A stretch of 64,000 bases of DNA from an uncultured Holophagales bacterium (GTDB lineage: Bacteria; Acidobacteriota; Thermoanaerobaculia; Multivoradales; UBA5704), in assembly GCA_963842525.1 (NCBI GenBank), contig CAWJGT010000007.1, positions 1-64,000 of the forward strand, given 5' to 3'. Each line of letters begins with the position of its first letter. The first letter of the stretch is position 1. Below the pieces are notes generated by a model. It saw only the letters and a program-made list of their open reading frames with translations, had not been told where the DNA came from and searched no databases. Below, one piece after another: positions 40,009 through 49,944 of the stretch. Position numbers and translations under genes: made by a program.

Positions 40009-40050
40009 TTACCCAATTCTTTTACCCAATTCCACCGTTGTTACCCAATT
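40009..40050. repeat. three direct repeats of TTACCCAATT
   Basis: Exact copies at 40009, 40022 and 40041. Confidence 0.85.
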
Positions 40051-40206
40051 GCGGCTGCTGGCGCCCTCTTCACGCACCTCTCTGGGAGCAGCGAGACCGG
40101 AAAAGGCCCTCTGCAAGAGATCCGGTCGCCTGATCTGCGCAAAGTTGTTCAGGACCGTCGTGTCGGCGGCGTTCAACCCGGGGAGGTAGGGTAGGCTTGT
40201 CCGCGC

Positions 40207-41916
40207 TTGATCCCACGCTCCGACCCATCCGCCCCGGCGTCCGCGCCGGATTCTGTGGCCGCCCCGCAGGCCGCTGTCCGGAGGGCTTGGCCGACCGCGC
40301 TCGTGCTGCTCGGGATCTCCCTCTACATGGTCTGTTTCTGGGTGCTCTGCGACGACCACTGGTGGCACATGCTCACGGGGCGGCTGGTGCTCGAGACCGG
40401 CCGGGTGCCTGCGGTCGATCCGTTCAGCTTCACGTTCCAGGGGGCTCCCTGGACGAACTGGGAGTGGCTTGCGGGGGTGCTGATGTACCTCGCCTGGTCG
40501 GCTGGCGGGGCGCTCGGGCTCACGGTCCTCCGGGCCGTCAGCCTCGGTGGGACGGTCTTTCTGGTCGTGCACCACTGGCGGCGGCGGGGAGGAGCTTTTC
40601 TGGGGGCGGGAGGCCGTGAGCTGGCGGCGCTGTTGGCTGGGTCCGCGCTGCTCCTCGTGGCCCAGGTGCGCACCGCCGACCGGCCGCACAGCTATGCGTT
40701 TCTGCTCCTGGCTGGCGCCCATGCTCTGGCCACCCGCCTGCGGGAACGATGGTCGGCCGGAGCCGCAGCCGGGCTCGTGGCGCTCTTCATCGTCTGGGTC
40801 AACTTCCACCCGTCGTGGATGTTGGGGATGGGCCTTTGCGGCGCGGTCTTTGCCGATGCCATATTGGCGGACCGGACAATCCGAAAGCGTCTTTTCGGGC
40901 TCGGCGCGGCGATGGCGGCTTCGGTGCTGCTGACGCCCAATCTCAGTCGCTTCTTCGGATCGGTCTCCGAGATTTTCGGCGACAAGGTCTCGGCGGAGTG
41001 GGACCCGGTCTGGAAATTCTTCTCGCTCACGCATGTACCGCTGATGGTTTTCCTGCTGATTGCGCTGGCCTGGGTCGTGAGCGTCGCCCGGAGCCTCCGT
41101 CCCGCAAAAGAGGTCTGCCAGCAACTCGTGCTGGCCGTTCTCCTGGTCCTCGCGTTCCGTCACGCCATGATGACGCCGGTGTTCGCCATCGCCGCCATTC
41201 CCTATCTTCGCTTCGATCTGTTGGGCTGGGGAGCCGTGGCGCGCCGGCTCACGCCGCGGACGGAGAGACTGGTGGCTCTCCTGCTGGCCGCCACCGTCCT
41301 CGCCCTGGCCCAGCGCGACATGCTCGGCCCTCTCGGGGTCGGCGTCGATCCGCGCACCAACCCGGTCGCGCAGACTGATTTTCTGAAAAGCCACGGCCTC
41401 GGCGGCCGGGTCTACTGCACGTCGAAGGAGGCCCACGGCTACGTGGCGTTCCGCCTCTGGCCGGCCGTGACCATTTACATCGACGGCCGGGTGCCGCAGG
41501 TCTTCCCGGCCTCCTTCCTGGAGAGGTATGCGCGGACGGGCGATCCGCAGGTGCTCGGCGCCGACATCGACCGCTACGGGATCGATCACGTCGTCATGCC
41601 GTCGGGCCTGTTCGCGCCGATCAATGTCCAGGTCTCGGACATCCTGCGCGCCCGGGGCGATTTCGCCCTGGTCTGGTTCGACGAGAACGGGGCCCTGTGG
41701 AGCAGGCGCCGTAACGTCGGCTGGCCCTGCCCGGATTGCCAGCCCTTCGAGGCTCTGGACCCCTATCTCCTCGCGCGGCCCGCACGGGAGAAGCTGCGGG
41801 ATTCGCCGGCGCTGCGCGGCGAGCTCGCCCGTCTGGAAGAGATCGGTGCCCGCAGTAAGCTCGCCCGCGATCTGGCGCAGGCTGTGCGGCAGGAAGCCGG
41901 AATCGGAGCTCCCTGA
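40207..41916 (+). CDS. polytopic membrane protein, GT-C-like glycosyltransferase candidate
   Basis: D.WWH..TGR.V....VP.VDPFSFT, W..WEWL, WVNFH, AEW.P, YIDGR motifs; about ten TM segments. Confidence 0.65.
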   Translation: MIPRSDPSAPASAPDSVAAPQAAVRRAWPTALVLLGISLYMVCFWVLCDDHWWHMLTGRLVLETGRVPAVDPFSFTFQGAPWTNWEWLAGVLMYLAWSAGGALGLTVLRAVSLGGTVFLVVHHWRRRGGAFLGAGGRELAALLAGSALLLVAQVRTADRPHSYAFLLLAGAHALATRLRERWSAGAAAGLVALFIVWVNFHPSWMLGMGLCGAVFADAILADRTIRKRLFGLGAAMAASVLLTPNLSRFFGSVSEIFGDKVSAEWDPVWKFFSLTHVPLMVFLLIALAWVVSVARSLRPAKEVCQQLVLAVLLVLAFRHAMMTPVFAIAAIPYLRFDLLGWGAVARRLTPRTERLVALLLAATVLALAQRDMLGPLGVGVDPRTNPVAQTDFLKSHGLGGRVYCTSKEAHGYVAFRLWPAVTIYIDGRVPQVFPASFLERYARTGDPQVLGADIDRYGIDHVVMPSGLFAPINVQVSDILRARGDFALVWFDENGALWSRRRNVGWPCPDCQPFEALDPYLLARPAREKLRDSPALRGELARLEEIGARSKLARDLAQAVRQEAGIGAP

Positions 41917-41965
41917 AGCCCGGCCCGGCCGGGAACTTCTCTCGCCCCCACCCCGTCCAAAGGGC

Positions 41966-42001
41966 TTGACGAACGAACTTTCTAGTACTAACGTTCTAGT
42001 A
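41966..42001 (+). promoter_or_regulatory. promoter with BlaI-type operator
   Basis: TTGACG-17-TAACGT; palindrome TACTA-N6-TAGTA at 41986-42001. Confidence 0.65.
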
Positions 42002-42004
42002 GAC

Positions 42005-42406
42005 ATGAAGACGACCCGAATTCTGACCGAGCAGGAGCTGGAGATCATGAAAGTGGTCTGGGAGCGGAAGACCGGCACCGTGCGCGATGTCTACGAGGCG
42101 CTGCGGGAGCGTAAGACGGTCGCCTACACCACGGTCATGACCATGATGAACATCCTTGAGAGCAAGGGACACCTGGTGAAGCGGCCCGAGGGACGCGCCT
42201 ATGTCTACGAGCCCTCTCAGACCCGTACGCAGGTGGTCGGCGGCATGGTCGAGGACTTCGTCGACCGCGTTTTCGACGGCGCGGCCCAGCCGCTGGTGCT
42301 GAGCCTGCTGCGGGAGCGGAAGCTGTCGAAGAGCGACCTGGAGGAGATCTCGCGTCTCATCGACGAGACACGCGACGAAGCCCCTGAGGAGGACCCGGAG
42401 CCATGA
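42005..42406 (+). CDS. BlaI/MecI/CopY repressor
   Basis: LTEQELEIMKVVW, AYTTVMT....L..KG, RVFDG. Confidence 0.93.
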   Translation: MKTTRILTEQELEIMKVVWERKTGTVRDVYEALRERKTVAYTTVMTMMNILESKGHLVKRPEGRAYVYEPSQTRTQVVGGMVEDFVDRVFDGAAQPLVLSLLRERKLSKSDLEEISRLIDETRDEAPEEDPEP

Positions 42407-43677
42407 GCGCCTCGACCCTCGTCGCCGATCTGACCGCCTGGGCCTTGCAGAGCGCCTTGCTCCTGGGCATCGGCCTCCTGCTCCCGTCTCTCTTCCGGAT
42501 GCAATCCCCAAGGGCCTGCCTCGCGTACTGGCAGGGCCTGTTGCTCGCGGTCGTCCTGCTGCCCCTGCTCCAGCCCGACGCCGGCCGGCCGTTCTTCGTG
42601 GAGGGGGCCGTGGTCACTGTCACCGGCCGCTGGCTCGGCGGGCTCGCGGCGGCCGGCGCGGCCGAGGGGGCCTGGACCCTCCAGGGTCTTCTGCTCGTCG
42701 GGCTCGCGGCCGGAGCCCTCGGCCGTCTGGCCTGGCTGGGGCTCGGCCTCGGCGTGCTGCGCTCCTGGCGGCGGCACGCCCGGCCTGCCACGCTCGCCCC
42801 CGCGGTCGCCCAGGCTGTTGACCGCCTGGGGGATCGGGAGAGGAGAGCGCGCCTCCTCGTCTCGCCGCGGGTGGAGAGTCCGGTGACCTTCGGCTGGCGG
42901 CGGCCGGTCGTCCTGCTGCCCGGCGCCTTTCCGGAGCTGCCGCCCGCTGCGCAGAGTGGGATCATCTGCCACGAGCTGCTCCACGTCCGCCGCCGCGATT
43001 GGCTGTTCGCCCTCTTCGAGGAGGGGGTCCGTGCCCTCCTCTGGTTCCATCCGGGCGTCTGGATGCTCCTCTCCCGGATCGCCCTGAGCCGCGAGCAGGT
43101 CGTGGACCGCGAGGTCGTGCGCCTGACCGGCTCGCGCCGGGCGTATCTCGAAGCCCTGCGCGCCGTCGCCTGCCAGTCCTGGCAGACCGCAGTCCCCGGC
43201 CTGCCTTTCTTTCACCGTAGTCACCTGCGCGAGCGGGTGGCCCAACTCTGCAAGGAGGTCCCCATGTCGCGTCGTCGCATCGCTGGTCTCATCACCACCT
43301 TCGCCGGGCTGCTCGCCCTGACGGCGGTCCTCGGCATCCTCGCCTTTCCCATGACGGGTACAGCCTGGGCCGACGACAAGCCGGTCCGGGTCGGAGGCAA
43401 GGTCCAGCCGCCGAAGGTGCTGTCCAAAACACCACCGGAGTATCCGGACAGCGCTCGGAAGGACAAGGTGGAAGGCACCACTGTGCTCGATATCACCATC
43501 GACAAGCAGGGAAAGGTCAAGGACCCGACCGTCAAGCAGTCCTCTGGCCATGAGGATCTGGACAAGGCCGCCGTTGAAGCCTTCTCCGCCTGGCTCTTCC
43601 AGCCGGCGACCCTGGACGGCAAGCCGGTGGCGGTCTACTACACGATCACGATCAACTTCAGGCCCGAAGAGGAGTAG
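42403..43677 (+). CDS. M56 (BlaR1-like) metallopeptidase with C-terminal TonB domain
   Basis: SPVTFG..RPVVLLP, CHELLHVRRRD, WFHP, REQVVD; PEYP..ARK.KVEG, W.FQPA..DGKPV. Confidence 0.92.
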   Translation: MSASTLVADLTAWALQSALLLGIGLLLPSLFRMQSPRACLAYWQGLLLAVVLLPLLQPDAGRPFFVEGAVVTVTGRWLGGLAAAGAAEGAWTLQGLLLVGLAAGALGRLAWLGLGLGVLRSWRRHARPATLAPAVAQAVDRLGDRERRARLLVSPRVESPVTFGWRRPVVLLPGAFPELPPAAQSGIICHELLHVRRRDWLFALFEEGVRALLWFHPGVWMLLSRIALSREQVVDREVVRLTGSRRAYLEALRAVACQSWQTAVPGLPFFHRSHLRERVAQLCKEVPMSRRRIAGLITTFAGLLALTAVLGILAFPMTGTAWADDKPVRVGGKVQPPKVLSKTPPEYPDSARKDKVEGTTVLDITIDKQGKVKDPTVKQSSGHEDLDKAAVEAFSAWLFQPATLDGKPVAVYYTITINFRPEEE

Positions 43678-43796
43678 CGCCGCACACCTGCCCGAGACCT
43701 TCCGACCCATCGGGTCCCGGCCCCGAGGGCGTTCCATCGCGGAACGTCCCTTCCCATTTCAGAGCGTCGGCTACAATCCGTCGGTATACTCCCGGC

Positions 43797-44075
43797 ATGG
43801 ACCTGACTGCGTTTCCCGGCGGCGATCTCGTCCAGGAAGGTCTCGCGGATCTCGCCCGGGGCGACGAGACCATTCCCGCCCTGCTCGTCTCGATTGGCGC
43901 TCCCCGTCTGCGCCGTCTGGGTCTGCCGGTGCCGGACAACGTCTTCCCTTCTCCCGAGCACCGCCTCTACGACCGGCTTGCGGAGACCGACTCCGACTCG
44001 GCCCACTCCCGCTACAACGCCCTGGTGCGGCGGCTCGTCAGCTTCGAGAACACAGCGGAATGCGTCGGCCTGTAG
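43797..44075 (+). CDS. small hypothetical protein, partner of the downstream nucleotidyltransferase
   Basis: 92 aa; overlaps the start of the next gene. Confidence 0.7.
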   Translation: MDLTAFPGGDLVQEGLADLARGDETIPALLVSIGAPRLRRLGLPVPDNVFPSPEHRLYDRLAETDSDSAHSRYNALVRRLVSFENTAECVGL

Positions 44076-44617
44076 ACACGGAGCGGATCCGCCGTTTCAT
44101 GAAGACCTTGGGAGGCGAGGCGGACCGGGACGTCCGTCTCTATTTCACAGGAGGAGCCACGGCGGTCCTCCTAGGCTGGCGGCCGAGCACGATAGACGTG
44201 GACATCAAGATGGATCCTGAAGCCGACCGGCTTTTCCGGGCTCTTCCCCAGATCAAGGACCGGCTGGAGATCAATATCGAGCTGGCGGCTCCCGATCAGT
44301 TCATCCCCGAGGTCCCAGGCTGGAAGGAGCGCAGCGCGTTCATCGCAAGGGAAGGTCGGTTGTCCTTCTACCACTACGATTTCTATGCCCAAGCCCTGGC
44401 CAAGATCCAGCGTGGCCATGTCCAGGATCGCGTCGACGTCAGGGAAATGATCAGCCGCGGGTTGGTCGAGCCTGACGAGCTACGCAGGCGCTTCGAACAG
44501 ATCGAGCCGGAGCTCTATCGGTATCCGGCGATCGACCCCCCTGCTTTTCGCCAGGCTCTGGACGCAGCACTTTCAGAGTGGGACCTCGACGGCCCGTCTT
44601 ACCGCACCAACTCGTAG
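44060..44617 (+). CDS. DUF6036-like nucleotidyltransferase
   Basis: YFTGGATAV...R.STIDVD, ALAKIQRG...D..D. Confidence 0.75.
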   Translation: MRRPVDTERIRRFMKTLGGEADRDVRLYFTGGATAVLLGWRPSTIDVDIKMDPEADRLFRALPQIKDRLEINIELAAPDQFIPEVPGWKERSAFIAREGRLSFYHYDFYAQALAKIQRGHVQDRVDVREMISRGLVEPDELRRRFEQIEPELYRYPAIDPPAFRQALDAALSEWDLDGPSYRTNS

Positions 44618-44673
44618 AGCTCGTATCCATCCAGAATCTGGCGCTGCTGGACCGCGATCCGCGCCGGCCTCCC

Positions 44674-45314
44674 TCAGTGCGCCCGCTCCTCCTGCACCTG
44701 GCGCATTTGGGCGACGACCTCCTGGCCGCTGGAAAACAGGGTCGAAAGCTCGTTCCGGGCTTCGCCAGGGCCCGCCGGTCCGTCTCGGTCGTGAAGGTCC
44801 CTCGCGAGGTCAGTGCGTAGAACCGCACCCGGTCCTGAGCCGGGAGGGGGTGGGTGTTCGTCTTGGTCATGCGAGGGAGGGCTTTCTGGGTCAAGGCGAT
44901 GAGGTCCTTGGAGGCCTTGCGGATGCTCTCGTGGGACACTCCGCCGACCATGCCGCCGCCCGTTTTGTAGTAGACGCGGGCGTCGCCATCGGCGAAGCAG
45001 GCCAGCGTCACGACCGAATTCGGCATTCCCAGCTCCATCAGGAGACCGTAGGGCTCGTCCTCCTTGAAATCGCCGGGCAGGCCGAGCGTCTGCGGATTGG
45101 TCTCGAGCGCCTTGCGGCGCAGGTTCATGTAGATCGTTTCGGGCGGCTCTTCGACCTTCGCCACCTTCTGGACGACGGCGGCGCGCCCGCCCGGCCCCCC
45201 TTTGCCGGCTCCCGGGGAGCCGCCGGCCGCCTCGGCCTTCCTTTTCCGGACGTACCAGAGGACCGCGATGAGGACGATGACGCCGATGACCTGATAAGGA
45301 TGAATGTGCCGCAT
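44674..45314 (-). CDS. membrane-anchored hypothetical protein, frameshift near 44750
   Basis: N-terminal TM; TLACFADGDARVYYKTGGGMVG; alternate frame ends NELSTLFSSGQEVVAQMR. Confidence 0.6.
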
Positions 45315-45463
45315 GTGCTCTCTAGTGTGCTCTCGATAAAGGGGCCGCGCTCCGCACCCGCTCCGGATGCGCCGGCGAGGCCAGATGATTTGGTCCCTTC
45401 TAAGATCTTAGCGGAGATCGGGCGCCTGTGCCAGAGTCCTCCGCGTGCTCATCGCTCAGCCTT

Positions 45464-48139
45464 TTAGCTGCCTGATCGCCCCACCCCCAGCAGATTGGCA
45501 AACAGTCGGTAAGCCCCGGGCACTCCGGCGGGGAGCTGACGGAAGAAGGCGAGACCGGTGTAGACGTAATGGCCCTTGCCGAGCGGGGCGACGAGCAGGC
45601 CTCCCTTGAGCTCCGGCCCGCCCGGGTCGGCCATGGCGAGGAGCGGCACGTAGGCCGGATCCCAGGTGCGGGCGAAGTAGAGGCCCCTTTCCTGGATCCA
45701 GCCGTTCCAGTCCTCGGGCCGGATCTCGTTCGGCGTGTGGAAGACCGGGTGGGCCGGATCGAGGAGGGTTACCGGCGCGGTCTCGTCGGTCACCCTGTCG
45801 TGGGGCCGGGCGATCTCCAGCGGCAGCGGCGCGAGCTTCGCCTCGATGAAGGGGTATTGCTGGTATTGGACGATGACCAGGCCGCCGGCCCGGGCATAGT
45901 CCAGCAGGCGGGCATTGGCCCGCGCCAGCGCCGGATCGGTCTCGTAGGCCCGGCTGCCGATCACGATGACGTCGTAACGGCTCAAATCCCCTTCCAGGAG
46001 CGCGGCGGGGCCGAGCAGCTCCAGCGGGACGCCGGCCTGCTGGAGGAACTCCGGCACCCGGTCCGAGGCGCCGCGCACGTAGCCAACCCTCTTCAGGGGC
46101 GGCAGCTTCAGGTCCGTTGCGCTCAGGGCGACCTGCGCATGGGCCGGCCGGGGGGTGGGACGGATGTGCGGATAATCGATCACCGGCACGGCGAGGCTCG
46201 AGCGCTCTCCCGAATCTAGGATCGCCGCGAGGTCGACGCGGTAGCGGCCGGGCGCGAGGCCCGCGGGCGGCCGCAGCTCCACGACCAGCGCTTTTTCACC
46301 CTGTGGATCGAGGGTGAACGGCAGCGGTGCTGGGGGGGCTGGGGCCGGCCAGGTCTTGCCATTGCCCGTGATCGTGGCCTCCAGGCGGCCCTGGAGCGGC
46401 TCGGCGGCGTGAGAGGTCAGGATCACCTCGAGGCGGCGCGGCTCGCGGCGGGCCACCGGCCAGACCAGCAGGTCCTGGGCCGTGGCCACCTCCACCCGCG
46501 GCACCACCCGCAGCGGCCGCCGGATCTCGCCCAGGGCCTGGTCCCGGTGCTTGTGGACCACCTCGCGCTCCAGGGCCACGGGCACGCCGTCCACGGAGAA
46601 GACGAATTGGGCGGTCAGCAGCGGCGGCTCGAACGGCTCGCCGCGGTCGTCCGCGGACACGCCGCTCCAGTCGTAGAGGCCGCCGGCCATCGGTGCGGTC
46701 AGGAAGTAGGGGACCGACGGCGGGGCGCACGGCGGTACCGGCACCTTCACCTCCCAGCTCCCCAGGGCGCCGGCCGCGAGGTCCTTGGCCTCCACCTCCG
46801 GCACGGCGAAGACGGTGCATTGCAGGGACGCGTGGGGCAGCAGGCGCACCGCGGCGCCCTGGATGGGCAGGCCGCCGCTGTCCCAGAGGACCGCCTGGAC
46901 CGCGAACGTCTCGCCGGGGATGACGGTCTCGCGCCCGGTCGAGGCCTCGACCGCGATCCCCGCCGCCGCGGCGAGGCCGGTCTCGGCCACGTCGATCTTT
47001 TCGGCGATCAGCTCGCGGGCCGGCTGGTCTTCGGGGCGCGCGGCTTCGCCCAGGAAATAGTGTGCGGCCCGGAGGTGCTTCAGGGCCTCGATGAAGCCGG
47101 GCACCGCATCGCCGAGCCGTTCCGGCTGAAGGGCCTTGCGCGTCCGCTCCGCCACCGCCTCGGCAGCGTCCAGGTGCTCGCCCACGTGGCGCCGCCGCTC
47201 GGCGTCCGGAATGGTGTCGGCGATGGCCTTCAGGTGGGTGTCGATCCCCGCGAAGAGGCCCTTCGCGTCCTTGCCGGCGCCGCCTGCGACCCAGCCGGCG
47301 CGCGTGTCCTGCGGCCCCAGCTCCTGGAGGCGTCCCATGTCCTGCGAGCGGTGCATGCTGCGGCTGGCCGCGGCGAGCTGGTAGATCGACCGGCCGGACA
47401 GGGGGTCCACTCTGCCGATGGGCAGGGTCACGGTCGTCTGGTCGCGGTCGAAGGAGGTGGAGCGATAGAGGGCCTGCGGCGTCCAGGGGGCGAGCCCTTC
47501 GCGGGCGAGCTGCGGGAAGGCGCTGGCATCGCCCGCCAGAGGGTAGGCCTCGTGGGCGGTCACCCCCGCGGCCTGGTGCTGGCCGTGGTTGGGGTGAGGC
47601 ACCCCGGGGAAGACCGAGACGATCACCTGCGGCTTGAAGCGGCGGATCACCCGCACCGCGTCCTCCAGCAGGACCTCCTTGGGCCACAGCTTCAGGGTCT
47701 CCTCCAGCGAGCGCGTGTAGCCGAAGTCGTAGGCGCGGGTGAAGTACTGGCGTCCGCCGTCGATGCCGCGGGCGGCCAGCAGCTCGCGGGTGCGGATCAG
47801 GCCGAGGCCTACCCCCAGCTCCGGGCCGATCAGGTTCTGCCCTCCCTCGCCCCGGCTCAGCGACAGGTAGGCCGACTCCCCGCCCATGCCACGCGCCACC
47901 AGCGTCAGGAGCGACGTGTCCTCGTCGTCCGGATGGGCCGCGATCACCAGCAGGCGCTTGTGGGTGGTGAGTTTCGCCAACGCCCGCTCCGCCACCGCCA
48001 GGCCGCCCGTGGCCGGCGGCTCCAGGGGCGGCAAGGCCAGGTTGACCCCGGACGCTCCGGCGCGGCCGGAGAGCGCCAGCAGGGCGGGGAGGAGGAAGAG
48101 GATCGAGAGCAGGGAGAGAGATCGAATTCGGCGCGTCAT
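45464..48139 (-). CDS. PIG-L/LmbE family deacetylase with Ig-like and C-terminal glutamine-amidotransferase-like domains
   Basis: AAHPDDED, RGEGGQN, RTRELLAAR, HGQHQ, HRSQ; W..W.QERGLY, FFRQLPAGVPGAYRLFANL. Confidence 0.9.
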   Translation of the reverse strand: MTRRIRSLSLLSILFLLPALLALSGRAGASGVNLALPPLEPPATGGLAVAERALAKLTTHKRLLVIAAHPDDEDTSLLTLVARGMGGESAYLSLSRGEGGQNLIGPELGVGLGLIRTRELLAARGIDGGRQYFTRAYDFGYTRSLEETLKLWPKEVLLEDAVRVIRRFKPQVIVSVFPGVPHPNHGQHQAAGVTAHEAYPLAGDASAFPQLAREGLAPWTPQALYRSTSFDRDQTTVTLPIGRVDPLSGRSIYQLAAASRSMHRSQDMGRLQELGPQDTRAGWVAGGAGKDAKGLFAGIDTHLKAIADTIPDAERRRHVGEHLDAAEAVAERTRKALQPERLGDAVPGFIEALKHLRAAHYFLGEAARPEDQPARELIAEKIDVAETGLAAAAGIAVEASTGRETVIPGETFAVQAVLWDSGGLPIQGAAVRLLPHASLQCTVFAVPEVEAKDLAAGALGSWEVKVPVPPCAPPSVPYFLTAPMAGGLYDWSGVSADDRGEPFEPPLLTAQFVFSVDGVPVALEREVVHKHRDQALGEIRRPLRVVPRVEVATAQDLLVWPVARREPRRLEVILTSHAAEPLQGRLEATITGNGKTWPAPAPPAPLPFTLDPQGEKALVVELRPPAGLAPGRYRVDLAAILDSGERSSLAVPVIDYPHIRPTPRPAHAQVALSATDLKLPPLKRVGYVRGASDRVPEFLQQAGVPLELLGPAALLEGDLSRYDVIVIGSRAYETDPALARANARLLDYARAGGLVIVQYQQYPFIEAKLAPLPLEIARPHDRVTDETAPVTLLDPAHPVFHTPNEIRPEDWNGWIQERGLYFARTWDPAYVPLLAMADPGGPELKGGLLVAPLGKGHYVYTGLAFFRQLPAGVPGAYRLFANLLGVGRSGS

Positions 48140-48375
48140 GTAGGCTCCAAGGGTCGCGGCAGCGAAGTCTAGCACCGGCAGGATGCCCCGCCGTTTGGAC
48201 GCGCCGCGCCATAGCGCCGTAGAAATCACAGCCAGGCAGACAACGCGCACCGGGAAAGCCCCGGTGCCGGGGAACCGGGAAGGCCCCGGTTCTGGTCGAG
48301 GTACGTACTTACGATCTGATCGACTCGAATGATGATCAAAGGTTCTGTTCGCTCGTGAGAGCAAGGAGAAGTCTC

Positions 48376-49848
48376 ATGTCCATCCGTAAACCCTGGATCC
48401 CGTCCGCGGTCTTCGTGCTGCTCGCCCTGGCCGTGGCCGTGACCCCTGCCTACTCTGCCGTCTTCCTCACCACCAAGCAGTCCGATTCTGTGGACGGTAC
48501 CTGCGACGCCGACTGCTCGCTGCGCGAGGCGATCGTCGCTGCCAATGCCTCCGACGGCGCCGACGTCATCCTGCTGGGCCCCGGCACCTTCGCCGTCTGC
48601 CCGTCCATCGGCGGAGGAGGGGAGGATCAGAATGCGAGTGTCGGCGATCTCGACATCGCCGAAGACCTCACGCTTTTCGGGTCCTCCGCGGAGAGCACGA
48701 TCCTCGAAGCGTGTAAGTCCGACCGGGTCCTGGAGGTCCTGTCCGGCGTCGAGGCGGAGATCGCGAATGTGACGATCCGCGGCGGCTTCACGTCCTTCAA
48801 CGGCGGCGGCATCCGCAACGCCGGCATCCTGACCCTGACGCGCAGCCTGGTCACTGGCAACGAGGCGACGCAGCAGGGAGGCGGCATCTGGACCGGCGGC
48901 ACCGGCAGCGAGCTGCACCTCCGCGAGAGCACCGTGTTCAACAACGTCGCCTTCGGCAAGGGCGGCGGCATCGCGGCGAACGGCCCCCTGGACGCCGTCA
49001 ACTCCACGATTTCCGGCAACCGCTCCGAGATTAGCGGCGGCGGCCTCTATTTCCTCCCGGATGTCGACGCCAATCTCTCCAACCTCACCATCACGGGCAA
49101 CTCGGCGGCGCTGTCCGGTGGCGGCATCCTGGCCGAGAGCGTGCCGTTCATCAGCGCCAACTATCCCGAGCTGCAGAGCTCGGTCGTCGCCGGCAACGCC
49201 GCGATCTTGTACCACGACTGCACGGGCTCGGTGGTCTCCCTCGGCGACAACCTGATCGGCGATGGCACCACGTGCATTGACTTCAGCCCCGCCAAGGGAG
49301 ACCAGGAGGGGACCACGGCCAGCCCGCTCGCCCCCAAGCTGGGCCCGCTGCTCGGCAACGGCGGCCCGACGCCGACTCATGCCGTGCTGGCCGGCAGCCC
49401 GGCTCTCAATGCCGGCGGCGCCTGCAAGCCGACCGACCAGCGCGGCCAGCCGCGCGACGCGCAGTGCGACACCGGCGCCTTCGAGGTGGGGACCGCCTGC
49501 GTCCAGGGCGGCTCGAACCTCTGCCTCGGCGACAACGGCCGCTTCAAGGTCACCGTGATATGGAGGACCGTCCAGACGTTCGGCCCTGGCCAGGCGGGCC
49601 GCCTCACACCAGACACCGGCTACTTCTGGTTCTTCAGCCCGACGAACGTGGAGCTGACGATCAAGGTCCTGAATGGCTGCTCACTCAACAACCGCTACTG
49701 GGTCTTCCTGAGCGGCCTGACCAACCTGGATTCCACCATCACGGTCACCGACACCGCGACAGGGCAGACCAAGACCTACACCAACCCGGCGAACACCACC
49801 TTCGTGACCCGTCTGGACACCAACGCCTTCGCCACCTGCGCCCCTTGA
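48376..49848 (+). CDS. secreted CSLREA / choice-of-anchor Q beta-helix protein
   Basis: CSLREAI, GDLDI, GGGI repeats, NGGPTPTH....GSPA, DQRG.PR...CDTGAFE. Confidence 0.88.
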   Translation: MSIRKPWIPSAVFVLLALAVAVTPAYSAVFLTTKQSDSVDGTCDADCSLREAIVAANASDGADVILLGPGTFAVCPSIGGGGEDQNASVGDLDIAEDLTLFGSSAESTILEACKSDRVLEVLSGVEAEIANVTIRGGFTSFNGGGIRNAGILTLTRSLVTGNEATQQGGGIWTGGTGSELHLRESTVFNNVAFGKGGGIAANGPLDAVNSTISGNRSEISGGGLYFLPDVDANLSNLTITGNSAALSGGGILAESVPFISANYPELQSSVVAGNAAILYHDCTGSVVSLGDNLIGDGTTCIDFSPAKGDQEGTTASPLAPKLGPLLGNGGPTPTHAVLAGSPALNAGGACKPTDQRGQPRDAQCDTGAFEVGTACVQGGSNLCLGDNGRFKVTVIWRTVQTFGPGQAGRLTPDTGYFWFFSPTNVELTIKVLNGCSLNNRYWVFLSGLTNLDSTITVTDTATGQTKTYTNPANTTFVTRLDTNAFATCAP

Positions 49849-49856
49849 CACCCCGA

Positions 49857-49884
49857 GCCGGGGAGGGCTTTTTCCCTCCCCGGC
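49857..49884. terminator. GC-rich hairpin, probable terminator
   Basis: GCCGGGGAGGG-loop-CCCTCCCCGGC right after the stop codon. Confidence 0.55.
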
Positions 49885-49944
49885 CGCCCCTACCCCGGAA
49901 AATTGCCTTGCCTTGGCGGTGCCCCCTCGGACAAACTGCGGGGC

